A stretch of 64,000 nucleotides of DNA, from positions 2,912,001 through 2,976,000 of the forward strand of contig OZ242214.1 in NCBI GenBank assembly GCA_965206595.1, in the 5' to 3' direction. This document shows, piece after piece, positions 50,375 through 60,791 of this stretch (position 1 is its first letter; each line of letters opens with the position of its first letter). The DNA is from Candidatus Latescibacterota bacterium. Its GTDB lineage: Bacteria > Latescibacterota > UBA2968 > UBA8231. Below the pieces are notes generated by a model. The model had not been told where the DNA came from and ran no database searches. It was given only the letters and a program-made list of their open reading frames with translations. A program made the position numbers and the translations under genes.

Positions 50375-52063
50375 TCATCGGGCCAAAAGCATGGTCACCC
50401 GATGCGGCTCGGTTCCCGGCGGCTGCTTCCGGGCTCCGTGAGCATCCCTCAGGGTGAACGGGTGATGCACGAGGATGTCCTGCTTGCCGTCCCTGTCCAG
50501 ATCCACCAGCCAGGCGAACTCCCCGTCGTGCAGCGACACCCCCACCTTCCGGGGCCGCCGGGCGAACAGGTCCGGCCCCGGCACTCCGGCAAAGAGGTGG
50601 AGCTCTCTGAACTCCGGCTCGATCAACAGGTCGGAGCGGCGGTCGCCGGTCACGTCCCCGATGAGCAACGTCCGGTTGAATGCGCGCGGCCAGGCTTTTT
50701 GCCTCTTGCGGCTCTCGTGCGTTCCCCCCCGAAGCAGGATGTCCAGGGGCACCCACCCCGGCTCGCGATGGCTGGGCACACCGTCCAGCGCGATTCTGCG
50801 GATGGCGTCGGGTTTGTCCGGGAAGAAGCCGTCCCCCGTTCGGTAGAACTCGAGATTCAGGACGACGTCGTCCCCCATGAAGCCCTTGATTCTCTTCCAG
50901 AGGCTGCTATCGAGGGATTCGACCCCGATGGTTGTGAACATCAGGTCGACCCGGCCGTCTCCATCGAAGTCGTGACGGTCCATGCCGAGCTGGATGTTGC
51001 CGTCGGACTCGATCCTGGCTCCGACCTCCGAGGCGAACGCGGTGCCTCCACCGGGTGTCCGGGCGCCGAAATGCACCTCGAAGGCGGAACGCCTGGCGGA
51101 TATGTTCCGGCCCTCCAGCGAGAAAACCACCAGTTCGGCGATCCCGTCGCCGCTCAGGTCGGCCAACGAGTGCAGCACCCTCCCCGTCATCTCTCCGGCG
51201 GCGAGCGAGGAGAGATCGTCCGATTCGAACTCCACCTCGGTTGTGAAGGGCCTGCCCACCGGTGAAAACAGGCCGCGCTCGTTCTGGAGATGAACTTCGA
51301 AGTGGTCCTCGTTCCAGAACACCAGGTCCCCGCGACCATCTCCGTTGTAGTCCATCTCGTGGATACGGCTCTGGCTCCAGGGGTCGTATCGGTACCCGTC
51401 GGCTCCCAGGATCCGGCGCATGTCGGTGGAGGGGCCGATCTTCACCGGATCTGCGAAGGTTCCGCCGCTCATCTGGATGAACACCCGGAAGCCGTCGACA
51501 TCCGGCACCAGAAGGTCGTCGCGGCCATCGCCGTTCACGTCACGGGTGACGTCCACATGGGGGATTTCCGTTCTGCGAGGGGGGGCGAAGTTGGAAGAAA
51601 CCGCAAGCAGCGGGCGCTCCGTCCCCGATTCGGGATCGAACCAGCTGAGACGGCCGGGTTCGAAGGTGACCAGCCGCTCGCGGCCGCCGATGTCGGCCAC
51701 ATCGACGAAAGCCACTCCGGGACGCAGGGTTGCCTCGAGTCCCGGCACCCAGGTGCTGTCTCCGAAGGCGTAGATGCGCAAGAGGCGGTCGCCGCTGTCG
51801 TCGACGGTCAGCACCGCCAGTTCCGCGATGGGGCCGCCGAGAAGAAATCCCGTCAGAACGGTCTGGCGTTTCGCCAGGCCGGTGACTACCTCGAACCGTT
51901 CGAAACTGAATTCCGCGGCAAAAGATTCCCCTACCCAGGTTCCCTCCGGGGTCGTGAATCTCGACAGGAACAATGCAAGAACCAGCAAGGAGAACCGGCT
52001 GCGTCGATACTGCCTCCGACACCGTTCCAGGGGAACCCTATTCCCCTGGGAGGATCGAATCAT
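50375..52063 (-). CDS. FG-GAP/VCBS repeat protein
   Basis: DVNGDGRDDLL, DYNGDGRGDLV, DFDGDGRVDLM, DLDRDGKQDIL. Confidence 0.85.
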   Translation of the reverse strand: MIRSSQGNRVPLERCRRQYRRSRFSLLVLALFLSRFTTPEGTWVGESFAAEFSFERFEVVTGLAKRQTVLTGFLLGGPIAELAVLTVDDSGDRLLRIYAFGDSTWVPGLEATLRPGVAFVDVADIGGRERLVTFEPGRLSWFDPESGTERPLLAVSSNFAPPRRTEIPHVDVTRDVNGDGRDDLLVPDVDGFRVFIQMSGGTFADPVKIGPSTDMRRILGADGYRYDPWSQSRIHEMDYNGDGRGDLVFWNEDHFEVHLQNERGLFSPVGRPFTTEVEFESDDLSSLAAGEMTGRVLHSLADLSGDGIAELVVFSLEGRNISARRSAFEVHFGARTPGGGTAFASEVGARIESDGNIQLGMDRHDFDGDGRVDLMFTTIGVESLDSSLWKRIKGFMGDDVVLNLEFYRTGDGFFPDKPDAIRRIALDGVPSHREPGWVPLDILLRGGTHESRKRQKAWPRAFNRTLLIGDVTGDRRSDLLIEPEFRELHLFAGVPGPDLFARRPRKVGVSLHDGEFAWLVDLDRDGKQDILVHHPFTLRDAHGARKQPPGTEPHRVTMLLAR

Positions 52064-52172
52064 TTTCTGGAGTGTGCCGTGTTCGGGTACGCATGCCAGC
52101 GGCCGTCACATCGGAAAAAGCCCCAGCACCTGTCCAGTGCGTGTCGCCCCTCCCCGGAACGCCGGGCCTTGG

Positions 52173-52826
52173 TCAGCTCGGGACAGTCTGCCTGGACTTT
52201 GCCCTCAGCGCCCTGGAGAGCGAACTCTTCATCCGATCGTCGAGACGGTAGAAGGACTCTTCCCCGGGTCCGATGTATCCCGGAAACACGTAGTCCACCC
52301 GCAGCTTCTCGAGTTTGGCGAGCTGGGGACGCCAAAGGCTCACCCGGTGCGGGTTGAATTGCATGTCCCACTTGTTGTCCCGCAGGTAGAGGGCGTGACT
52401 CGTGAACAGGTAGTACTTGCCCCTGTGCCGCCACCGGTAAACGCTGTGTCCGGCTGAGCAGGTAGGGAAGAACAGCGCCTCGAAGTCCGAGCCGTGTTGT
52501 ACGCCTTCGTCCCCGAACTGCACTTCCGGACACTTCGTCTTCTGACGTACCCCTCTTCGATCGGTACGATGATGATGGAGCCTGCATCCGAATCGATCGT
52601 GCAGATCTTCGTGCAGGCCGTCGCGATAGATATCGTGATGGTGCGAGACCCATTGGCTGTCGAGGCCGCCCAATCGCTCGATTTCATCCATGTCCCCGGT
52701 CGAGGGGCCGCTTTGGTGGCAAACCATCAGATTGCCCTCTTTGCGCACGAGTAGATACGTGTGACTCGTCCCCCTCCTGTTGGGGGCGCCGCCAAAGCGA
52801 TAGAGGTTTGCGAAGATGCGTTCCAT
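52173..52826 (-). CDS. Metallo-beta-lactamase-fold protein
   Basis: SHTYLLVRKEGN, WVSHHHDI, AGHSVY, VFPGY. Confidence 0.6.
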   Translation of the reverse strand: MERIFANLYRFGGAPNRRGTSHTYLLVRKEGNLMVCHQSGPSTGDMDEIERLGGLDSQWVSHHHDIYRDGLHEDLHDRFGCRLHHHRTDRRGVRQKTKCPEVQFGDEGVQHGSDFEALFFPTCSAGHSVYRWRHRGKYYLFTSHALYLRDNKWDMQFNPHRVSLWRPQLAKLEKLRVDYVFPGYIGPGEESFYRLDDRMKSSLSRALRAKSRQTVPS

Positions 52827-52840
52827 GGTATGCTCCCTGG

Positions 52841-53030
52841 TTAAGTGTGAGTTGCGCTTGTTTCCGGCGGGAAGCTGATTCCTCGACGCAAATACTTCAG
52901 CGCGGAGCCCTCGGCCTCGCCGATCACCACCGGCAATCTGCGTTTGCCATCGCGGTCCAACAGCCAGACCAGGAACTGGTCGCCCCGGGAGATCACATCG
53001 GCGATTTCAACCTTGGTCATGTCCTGCTTC
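52841..53030 (-). pseudogene. Possible bifunctional nuclease (DUF151) fragment
   Basis: LVWLLDRDGKRRLPVVIGEAEGSAL, then abrupt end. Confidence 0.45.
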
Positions 53031-53131
53031 CTTTCATCGATATCGCGCAACTCGGCGAAGAGCGGCCAGCGCACGGTCCACCCGCACCCCGGTGCGCTGA
53101 AGGCGGGTTGAGAATCGTCCCGCCTGGGAAC

Positions 53132-53457
53132 TCACCCGGCCGCACGATCCGTTCTTTCAGATCGCCGAGGAGTCGACGGCGGTTCGTAGCGGACTACCTC
53201 GATCTGGTCTTCGCCCCTGCGAGCCTGCGCCAACTCGTACGAAGCCTGCCGGCGCAGCCAGAACTCCGCGCTCGACCATCCCGCCTTCTCCAGGCGAATG
53301 GCCATCTCCGGTGAAACGCCCGCATGGCCGTTCAATACGCGCGAAAGCGTGTGGCGGGCGACACCCAACACCCTTGCCGCTTCGGTGACGTTCAGACCAA
53401 GAGGTTCCAGGCAGTTCTTCCTGATGCTGAGGACGGGATGGGGGGGGTCATGGCCAT
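53132..53457 (-). CDS. higA: HigA antitoxin (frameshift in a C8 run near the start)
   Basis: [57 protein letters not shown]. Confidence 0.85.
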
Positions 53458-53474
53458 GGTTTCTCGCCTCTTCG

Positions 53475-53522
53475 CTAATGGTAGTCGATCAAGTCGACGT
53501 CGCTGGCGTCACCCTCCTCTAC
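53475..53522 (-). pseudogene. higB: HigB toxin C-terminal remnant
   Basis: [14 protein letters not shown] immediately upstream of higA; the rest is missing. Confidence 0.7.
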
Positions 53523-53964
53523 ACATGTCAATAGCCGGCAGGGCCGCCCGGCACGCCCATACCGTACCTCGGCAGGCTAATGGACCGCTGAACCCGCCGA
53601 ATTCTGGTAGCGGCACCCTGTAATGGCGATTATCTCGCCGGCGCGGCCGCGCTTGCGCCAGGGTTACGTCCACCGGCTCCAGCACCCGGACCCCATTCAT
53701 CCGAGGATCTCGTCACCATGGCTCCGCAAAGGTAAGCCGGCACGCCGCCATGGGCCTGCGAGCCGAAGCCCGCGCGCAGCCCCGTCCCGACTTCACCCTG
53801 TTCGTGCCCCGAGGAGGGGGGCTATGGAAAGCCCCATGCCCGGCGCCGGAAGCAGCCGTACCACCTCCTGGGCCAAGGCTGTGAGGCCACGGGCACTGCC
53901 GGGAACGGACCCCTGGTCGCCCGAGGCGACAGTGCACCATCGAAATCAATTGGGAGCTGAGTTC

Positions 53965-56900
53965 ATGAAGGCGGCAATCATCTGTTCCATCGCCCTGCTC
54001 GGGTCTTTCGGCCATGCAGAAGCCCAGACCCTGGTCGAGGGCCGGGTGCGGCTGGCATCGGGCCAACCCGCGGCCGGGGCCCAGGTGCGGTTGTTCGATC
54101 TGTCCGATCTGCGCCGCTCGCTGGCAGCCACGGCCGACGAGACCGGGTACTTCGCCCTTCCCTCCGGGGCCCTGCGGGGGCCCGCGGCCGGGGGCCTCCA
54201 CCTGGGGCCGAACTACCCCAATCCGTTCAACCCCTCCACAGTCATCCCGTTCCACCTGCCGGCCTCGACGCCGGTGCGGCTCGAGGTCTTCAACCTCCTC
54301 GGGCAGCGGATAGCGATCCTGGTCGACGGGGAGCTGACGGCCGGCTCTCACACGGCGACCTGGAACGGCACGGACGCCGCCGGGCGGCCGCTGGCCGCGG
54401 GGGTCTACCTCTACCGGCTGAGCTATCCCGGAGGGACGGGGACCGGGTCGATGGTGCTGACCGACGGGCGGGGCGGTACTCCCGGCGCTGGCGGGGGCGC
54501 GCCTGCCGCCGCCTCCGGGCAGACCGCGGAGTCCGCCCAGGTGTACGGGCTGACGGTCTCCGGACCTGGCCTGGAGACCTTCGTCGACCCGGCCTTCCGG
54601 GTGGAGGCCGGCATGGCCCCGGTCGACCTCGTAGTCGAAGCGCTCGACAGCAGGCCCCGCGGCAAGGCGGCGGCAGCCTCCGGGCTGTTGGGGGACGTCG
54701 ACAACAGCGGCCTCGTCGATATCGTCGACGCCCTGCTCCTCGCCATGTACAGCGCCAACCCCTCCATCGTCATGCCGAACGGCGGCGACATCTCCCTGGG
54801 GGACGTCAACCAGGACGGCACGACCGACTTCACCGACGCCTGGCTCATCGCCAGATACAGCCTCGATCCCTCCGATCCTCTGCTTCCCCCGGGGATCGGG
54901 GAGCCGGTGGCGCCCCCCGCGGCCCTGTCGCCGGACCCGTCCACCGTCGAGTTCGGGAACGACGGCGCCTGGCACGCCTTCACGGTCCAGGCCGGCAAAC
55001 CGGTCGTGGTCGTGGCCAACCCGGGCGAAGATCTCCCGCTGGTGGAGATCAGCGCCAGGAGCACCCGGTCCAGCTTCTGCCCCGCGGAAGCCGGGGACGC
55101 CGTATCGACCGAAGACGGCAGCTCCATCTACCTGTCCGGGTGCGAGGCCGGCACCGGCACGGTCGAGCTGCGGCGGGCGGAGGACCAGTCGGTCCTGCGG
55201 ACCTACACCATCGAGATCGAGGACACCGGCGGCAGCCCCCCCGACCTCGTCGTCGACCTCCCTGCGGTCAGCGACAGCAGCCTGAATACCGGACAGTCCT
55301 TCACCCTGAGCGTCACCGTCCGCAACGAGGGGGAGAAGGACTCGGAGGCGACCACCCTGCGCTACTACCGCTCTACGAACCGAACGATCTCCAGCTGGGA
55401 TACGGAAGCCGGCACCGGGGCGGTGGGTGCTCTTTCCGCGGCCGGCACCGGCACCTTGTCGATCTCCCTGACCCCACCGGCGAGCCCGGGAACCTGGTAC
55501 TACGGCGCCTGTGTCGAGAGCGTCAGCGGCGAGGGGAACACGCGGAACAACTGCTCCCGCGGGGTGCGGGTCAGCGTCGGCAGCGCCGACCTGATCGTCG
55601 AGGCCCCTGCGGCCAGCGACGCCAGCCCGGACGCCGGGGCGGCCTTCACCCTGAGCGCTACGGTCCGCAACCGAGGAGACAGCCGCTCGACCCTGACGGT
55701 GTTGCGCTACTACCGCTCGGATGACGCCGCGATCTCGACCAGCGACACTCAGGTCGGGACCGACGCGGTGAGCTCCCTTTCCGCCAACGGCACCAGCGCC
55801 GAGTCGGTCCGGTTGACCGCGCCTCCGAGCCCCGGAACCTGGTACTTCGGCGCCTGCGTCAGGCCGGTGCCGGGAGAATCCGACACCGGGAACAACTGCT
55901 CCGAAGCGGTCGAGGTGACCGTCGCAAGCTCCGACCTGGTGGTCGAGTCCCCCGCGGTCAGCGACAGCAGCCCGGAGACCGGGGCCTCCTTCACCTTCAG
56001 CGCCACGGTCCGCAACCAGGGCAGCAGCCAGTCCGCCTCGACCGTGCTGCGCTACTACCGCTCGCAGGACGCAGCGATCTCCACCAGCGACGCACAGGTG
56101 GGAACCAACGCGGTGGGTGCCCTCCCCGCCTCCGGCACCAGCGCCGAGTCGATCTCCCTGAGGGCTCCGGCGAGCCCGGCAACCTGGTACTACGGGGCCT
56201 GCGTTTCCCCGGTTTCAGGGGAATCCGATACCGGGAACAACTGTTCGTCCGCGGTGGAAGTAACGGTCACGGCCCCGGAGCCTCGGCTCTCGAAGTTGTA
56301 CTGGACCGACTGGGGCACCGACACGATTCGCCGCGCCGATCTCGACGGCTCTCAGGTGGAAGAGCTGGTAACCGGAGCCGGACTGGAGGGACCTGACGGG
56401 CTGGTCATCGACGCGGCCGGCGGCCGGATGTACTGGACCGACGCCGGCACGGCCAGAATCCAGCGGGCCAACCTCGACGGCTCCCAGGTGCAGGACCTGG
56501 TCACTTCCGGACTCACCATCCCTGCGGGGATTGCCCTGGATACGGGTGCCGGCAAGATGTACTGGGCCGACGCCGGCACGGGGAAAATCCAGCGCGGAAA
56601 CCTCGACGGCTCGGGAGTCCAGGACCTCGTCACACGCGACGACGGACTTGCCTTTCCCACAGGATTGGCGCTCGATCCGGCGGCCGGAAAGGTCTACTGG
56701 ACCGACCCCGGCACCGACAGGATCCAGCGCGGAAACCTCGACGGCTCCCAGGTGCAGGACCTCGTTACCAGCGGGATCGACAATCCATCGGCGATCGCCC
56801 TCGATTTGAACGGGGGCAGGATGTACTGGACCGACCGCGGCACCCGGAAAATCCAGCGGGCAAGCCTCGATGGTTCCGGGGTGGAAGACCTGGTCGCCAG

Positions 56901-57087
56901 CGGCCTGGATCTTCCCGGTGGGCTGGCGCTGGACCTGCGTGGCGGAAAGATGTACTGGACCGACCGGGGCACCGGAAAGATCCAGCGGGCAAACCTCGAC
57001 GGATCCGGGGTCGAGGACCTGTTGACCACTGCCGACGGGCTGGAGCATCCAACGGGGCTGGCCCTGGCTGCGGAACCAGGGAATTGA
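53965..57087 (+). CDS. Large secreted modular protein: FlgD-Ig-like domain, dockerin, 3x CARDB-like Ig, YWTD (LDL-receptor class B) propeller
   Basis: Signal MKAAIICSIALL; NYPNPFNPST; GDVDNSGLVDIVDA; three DLVV..FTLSATVRNxG..YYGACV..NNCS modules; six YWTD/YWAD repeats. Confidence 0.9.
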   Translation: MKAAIICSIALLGSFGHAEAQTLVEGRVRLASGQPAAGAQVRLFDLSDLRRSLAATADETGYFALPSGALRGPAAGGLHLGPNYPNPFNPSTVIPFHLPASTPVRLEVFNLLGQRIAILVDGELTAGSHTATWNGTDAAGRPLAAGVYLYRLSYPGGTGTGSMVLTDGRGGTPGAGGGAPAAASGQTAESAQVYGLTVSGPGLETFVDPAFRVEAGMAPVDLVVEALDSRPRGKAAAASGLLGDVDNSGLVDIVDALLLAMYSANPSIVMPNGGDISLGDVNQDGTTDFTDAWLIARYSLDPSDPLLPPGIGEPVAPPAALSPDPSTVEFGNDGAWHAFTVQAGKPVVVVANPGEDLPLVEISARSTRSSFCPAEAGDAVSTEDGSSIYLSGCEAGTGTVELRRAEDQSVLRTYTIEIEDTGGSPPDLVVDLPAVSDSSLNTGQSFTLSVTVRNEGEKDSEATTLRYYRSTNRTISSWDTEAGTGAVGALSAAGTGTLSISLTPPASPGTWYYGACVESVSGEGNTRNNCSRGVRVSVGSADLIVEAPAASDASPDAGAAFTLSATVRNRGDSRSTLTVLRYYRSDDAAISTSDTQVGTDAVSSLSANGTSAESVRLTAPPSPGTWYFGACVRPVPGESDTGNNCSEAVEVTVASSDLVVESPAVSDSSPETGASFTFSATVRNQGSSQSASTVLRYYRSQDAAISTSDAQVGTNAVGALPASGTSAESISLRAPASPATWYYGACVSPVSGESDTGNNCSSAVEVTVTAPEPRLSKLYWTDWGTDTIRRADLDGSQVEELVTGAGLEGPDGLVIDAAGGRMYWTDAGTARIQRANLDGSQVQDLVTSGLTIPAGIALDTGAGKMYWADAGTGKIQRGNLDGSGVQDLVTRDDGLAFPTGLALDPAAGKVYWTDPGTDRIQRGNLDGSQVQDLVTSGIDNPSAIALDLNGGRMYWTDRGTRKIQRASLDGSGVEDLVASGLDLPGGLALDLRGGKMYWTDRGTGKIQRANLDGSGVEDLLTTADGLEHPTGLALAAEPGN

Positions 57088-57756
57088 TCTGGTCCCGTCA
57101 GGAGCTTTTTCAGAACGAGATGAACCCTGGCTCCACCTATACGAGACCTGATGTCCGGGAATGGTTGCGCAAGGCCGCCGTCACCGAAGCCGCGGAGATA
57201 GCACAGGGGCTGGTACGAAAGATTGCAGAATCGTGGCATTGGACACTGCGACCCCCTGCCTCAAGCATCGAGATCCCAGTCGAAGGACAACGCGGAAATT
57301 GAACTGATGGTGCCGGTCAGCGTTCCGTAATGGGACGACTCTCCGGGTTCAAGTATCGAGAAGTCTTTGGGCGGCTTCGATATTTTAAGCGCAAGCTTAC
57401 CCTCTTGCGGTAGGCGCTTAAAGAATCTTCAGCTTCAGACGGCCATATGGCGTCCTTGCCGGACATGCGGGGCCGCCACTACCAGAACATTGAAACTCTC
57501 CCAGGCTCAGCGGCCAGGTTTTGTCCCCTTGCACTTATGCCTTGCCCTCCAGCCAACTGCCCGTCAATTGCAGCTTTACAGCAATCGGCTGCATTCCCAT
57601 GCAGGTCAGGCATTGAATCCTGTCGATTCGAAGCACGCTGAATGGTGTCGGTCTATGAGCCGGCCTTTCTGATTTACGGTTTCGATCTCCAGATTGCGTT
57701 TGACGCGCCGCACGCGTCCTGACTAGGATACAGGCCATGCAAAAGGTGAACCCTGC

Positions 57757-59115
57757 ATGGTAGCCAAAGGTGTCACGATGCTTCGATCCCTTTCCCTTGT
57801 CCTGATATTGACCGCACTGGCTGCGCCGGCTGTGGGGCAAACCGTCCCCACCGCAGCCGCAGAAACCGACACAACCGACGTCTACGAGACGCGGCGCAAT
57901 CACGTGCTCGCCTTCCCGAAGTACGTCTGGAACGCCCTGGTTTTCCCGCTCGGCAAGTTCACCATCTGGCTCGAGCGGAAAGAGATTCCCCAGCGGTTGA
58001 TCGAGATGTTCACCTTCCAGGACATCTTCGAGCTGTATCCGAACGCGACCCTGGGTGGAGAGACGGGAACCGCCGGCGGCATTTCCTTGCTTTACACCGA
58101 TCTGTTCGGACGCGGCAAGGGGATCTCGACAAGCTTTATCGCCAACCCCTCCAACTACAGCGGACTCGTCCTGTTCGAGGACCCGGGGATCGGGGGCGGT
58201 CCCTGGTACTGGAGCGCCACACTCGAAGCGCTGAAGACGGGAAATGAGGACGCCACCATTAACGGCGAGTTGCGCAGGTCCGGGTCCCTGCTCGATCACG
58301 AACGGAGAGATACCAGAATTTCTTTTGGGCGCCGCACCAACTACGGCGTGACCGAGGGGTACGAACCGGATGCGGTCCTCGAGCTGCGGCTGTCCCAGGG
58401 CTTCCGCAAGTTCGCCGCCGCCGATTTCGACCCCGGCGACTTTCCCGGTCTGAACGAGGCGATCAACCTGTTCTCCGTCGGTGGCATGGCCGCTTTCGAC
58501 GACCGGGACTTCAAGCCGCCGACCGCCTCGATCCGCCTGCCGCTGAACTACCAGCTGCCCGGGCGGGTGCTGCTTTTCGCCGACGACCGCTACTACAGCT
58601 TTCGCGACACCGCCTTCCCGGAGCACGGCGGGCTCGCGCGCATCGAGGCCGATTACGCAACTGGCTCCAATGACGTCCGGTATTTCCGCTACTCAGCGGA
58701 GCTTCAGCGCTTCTTCACCCTGTTCTTCAGGAACCGCATCCTCGGTGTCAGGGCCCGGCTCGAGAAGGCGCACGCCCTGGGAGACGGCAGCCTCATCCCC
58801 TATTCCGACCTGCCCACTCTGGGCGGGGATGGGCAGTTGCGCGGGTACCGGCGCGGATTCTTTCGCGACAAGGGCAGCCTGCTGTTGAGCGCCGAATACC
58901 GCTACCCGATCTGGGACACCTGGAACGCCGTCCTCTTCTGGGATGAAGGGCAGGTGTTCGACAGGTACGGCGACCTCGAAGCGGGCGGGTTCGAGTACAG
59001 CTTCGGCGCCGGAATCAGCGTGCGCACCGAGCGTTCCTTCCTGTTCGGGCTGCGCATCGCCCACAGCAAGGAGGAGAAGGCGTTGACCGGCTTCTCGCTG
59101 GAAAAGGAGTTCTGA
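57757..59115 (+). CDS. Omp85 (BamA/TamA-family) outer-membrane barrel without evident POTRA domains
   Basis: Signal peptide; LGGDGQLRGYRRGFFRDK..AEYRYPI lid motif; C-terminal Phe. Confidence 0.88.
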   Translation: MVAKGVTMLRSLSLVLILTALAAPAVGQTVPTAAAETDTTDVYETRRNHVLAFPKYVWNALVFPLGKFTIWLERKEIPQRLIEMFTFQDIFELYPNATLGGETGTAGGISLLYTDLFGRGKGISTSFIANPSNYSGLVLFEDPGIGGGPWYWSATLEALKTGNEDATINGELRRSGSLLDHERRDTRISFGRRTNYGVTEGYEPDAVLELRLSQGFRKFAAADFDPGDFPGLNEAINLFSVGGMAAFDDRDFKPPTASIRLPLNYQLPGRVLLFADDRYYSFRDTAFPEHGGLARIEADYATGSNDVRYFRYSAELQRFFTLFFRNRILGVRARLEKAHALGDGSLIPYSDLPTLGGDGQLRGYRRGFFRDKGSLLLSAEYRYPIWDTWNAVLFWDEGQVFDRYGDLEAGGFEYSFGAGISVRTERSFLFGLRIAHSKEEKALTGFSLEKEF

Positions 59116-60788
59116 TGAGTTCCCCGCAAGCCGCCATGCTGCTGGTCCTTGTGCTGTTGTCGCCGATCGCCGGCGGGGCCGTCACGGAGCTGACCACCGA
59201 TCCCGTCAAGTGGTTCGACGCCGACAACAAGCCGACCCCCGAGCCGGCCGAGGCCAAGGAGAACAAGGTCTGGGACTTCATCGACAAATCCTCCTTTTAC
59301 CAGGTCGGCAAGGTGCTGGACCTGGGGTGGACCGGGCGCCGGGTCGGAGACCTCCTCGGAATCGTAGGGCCGCGCCAGGCCGACAACGTCAACGCCCTCG
59401 ACGAGGTCCCCAACTCTTCCTGGTTCACCAACCGGCACTTCCTGATGCCGATGACCCTGGAAGAGCTTGCCGAGGGACCCGGCTTCGCCGAACCGGACGA
59501 CAGCGGACCCTGGGAGGTCGTCGCCGGCAAGTTCGAGGGGATCACCGCGGGCTTCACCATCAAGGACGCCTCGAAGCGGTACTTCCTGCTCAAGTTCGAT
59601 TCCGAAGGGAACAACGAGATGGGTTCCGGGGCCGAGGCGGTCGTCACCAAGGTGCTGTACGCCGCCGGCTACAACGTTCCGCTCAACTCGGTGGTCTACT
59701 TCGATCCCGGACAGCTGCAGATCGGCCCGAAGGCCAGGGTGCCGGCGAAAGAGGGCGGCAAGCGGCCGATGACCCCGAAGGATCTGCAGAAAATCCTCGA
59801 CCACATCGCCCCGGAGCCGGACGGCACCCTGCGCTGCCTGGCCAGCCAGTTCCTCACGGGCAAGCCGGTCGGCGTCTTCAACTACAACGGCCGCCGCGGG
59901 GACGACCCCAACGACCGGGTCGACCACGAGCACCGGCGCGAGCTGCGGGGGCTGCGCGTCATCGGCTCCTGGCTCAACGACGCCGACCGCCGCGCCGCCA
60001 ACACCCTTGACATGTACGTGACCGAGGACGACCGCCGCTACGTCCGCCACTACCTGATCGACATGGGCTCCGCCCTCGGCAGCGGCAGCTGGAGACCGCA
60101 CCAGCCCAAGCACGGCAACGAGTACATGGTCGACCCGCGCACGATCTTGCGTTCGCTCGTATCGCTTGGGTTCTACATGAAGAAGTGGGAAGAGCCGGTG
60201 CCGATGCCCTACATCTCTCTCGGCTATTTCGAGAACGAGACCTTCCGTCCCGGGGACTGGGTGCCGGACTATCCCAACCCCGCGTTCGAACGCTGCACCA
60301 ACCGGGACGGGTACTGGGGCGCCAAAATCGTCATGGCCTTCCGGGACGACGAGATCCGCGCCATGGTGGAACGGGGGCGCTACTCGGATCCGGGCGCGAG
60401 CGCGGAGCTGACCCGGCTTCTGGCCGAGCGCCGGGACATGATCGGGCGCTACTGGTTCGAGCGCGTCAACCCGCTGGATCGCTTCGAAGTCGGAGACGGC
60501 CGGCTTCGCTTCGTCGATCTCGCCGTGGAGGGGGGGCTGGTGCCGCGCGCCTCGCGGCAGTGGCGGTATGCTGCTATCGATGCAGACGGGGACCGGATTG
60601 CCGATCCGCGGGTTGTAGCCGAGCCGGTCATCCCGATCGGCGAGGAGGCGCAACCCGGGCAGTTTTTCGGCTACCGGATCCGGAGCCGCAGCGGCGAGAG
60701 CGGGAAGTGGAGCAAGGATACCACGGTGTTTCTCTACAAACACGAAGACGGCCGCCTGCAACTGGTGCGGATCGAACGGGAGGAGTAA
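59115..60788 (+). CDS. Exported atypical kinase-fold protein (HipA/PI3K-like motifs)
   Basis: N-terminal signal peptide; YFLLKFD (Lys), EAVVTKVLYAAGYNVP (Glu), WLNDADRRAANTL (DxxxxN), YLIDMGSALG (DFG-like). Confidence 0.7.
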   Translation: MSSPQAAMLLVLVLLSPIAGGAVTELTTDPVKWFDADNKPTPEPAEAKENKVWDFIDKSSFYQVGKVLDLGWTGRRVGDLLGIVGPRQADNVNALDEVPNSSWFTNRHFLMPMTLEELAEGPGFAEPDDSGPWEVVAGKFEGITAGFTIKDASKRYFLLKFDSEGNNEMGSGAEAVVTKVLYAAGYNVPLNSVVYFDPGQLQIGPKARVPAKEGGKRPMTPKDLQKILDHIAPEPDGTLRCLASQFLTGKPVGVFNYNGRRGDDPNDRVDHEHRRELRGLRVIGSWLNDADRRAANTLDMYVTEDDRRYVRHYLIDMGSALGSGSWRPHQPKHGNEYMVDPRTILRSLVSLGFYMKKWEEPVPMPYISLGYFENETFRPGDWVPDYPNPAFERCTNRDGYWGAKIVMAFRDDEIRAMVERGRYSDPGASAELTRLLAERRDMIGRYWFERVNPLDRFEVGDGRLRFVDLAVEGGLVPRASRQWRYAAIDADGDRIADPRVVAEPVIPIGEEAQPGQFFGYRIRSRSGESGKWSKDTTVFLYKHEDGRLQLVRIEREE

Positions 60789-60791
60789 AAA

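Noticed and set aside
57084-57700. Short ORFs downstream of the YWTD gene
   Set aside because: No recognisable motifs; likely remnants or intergenic DNA
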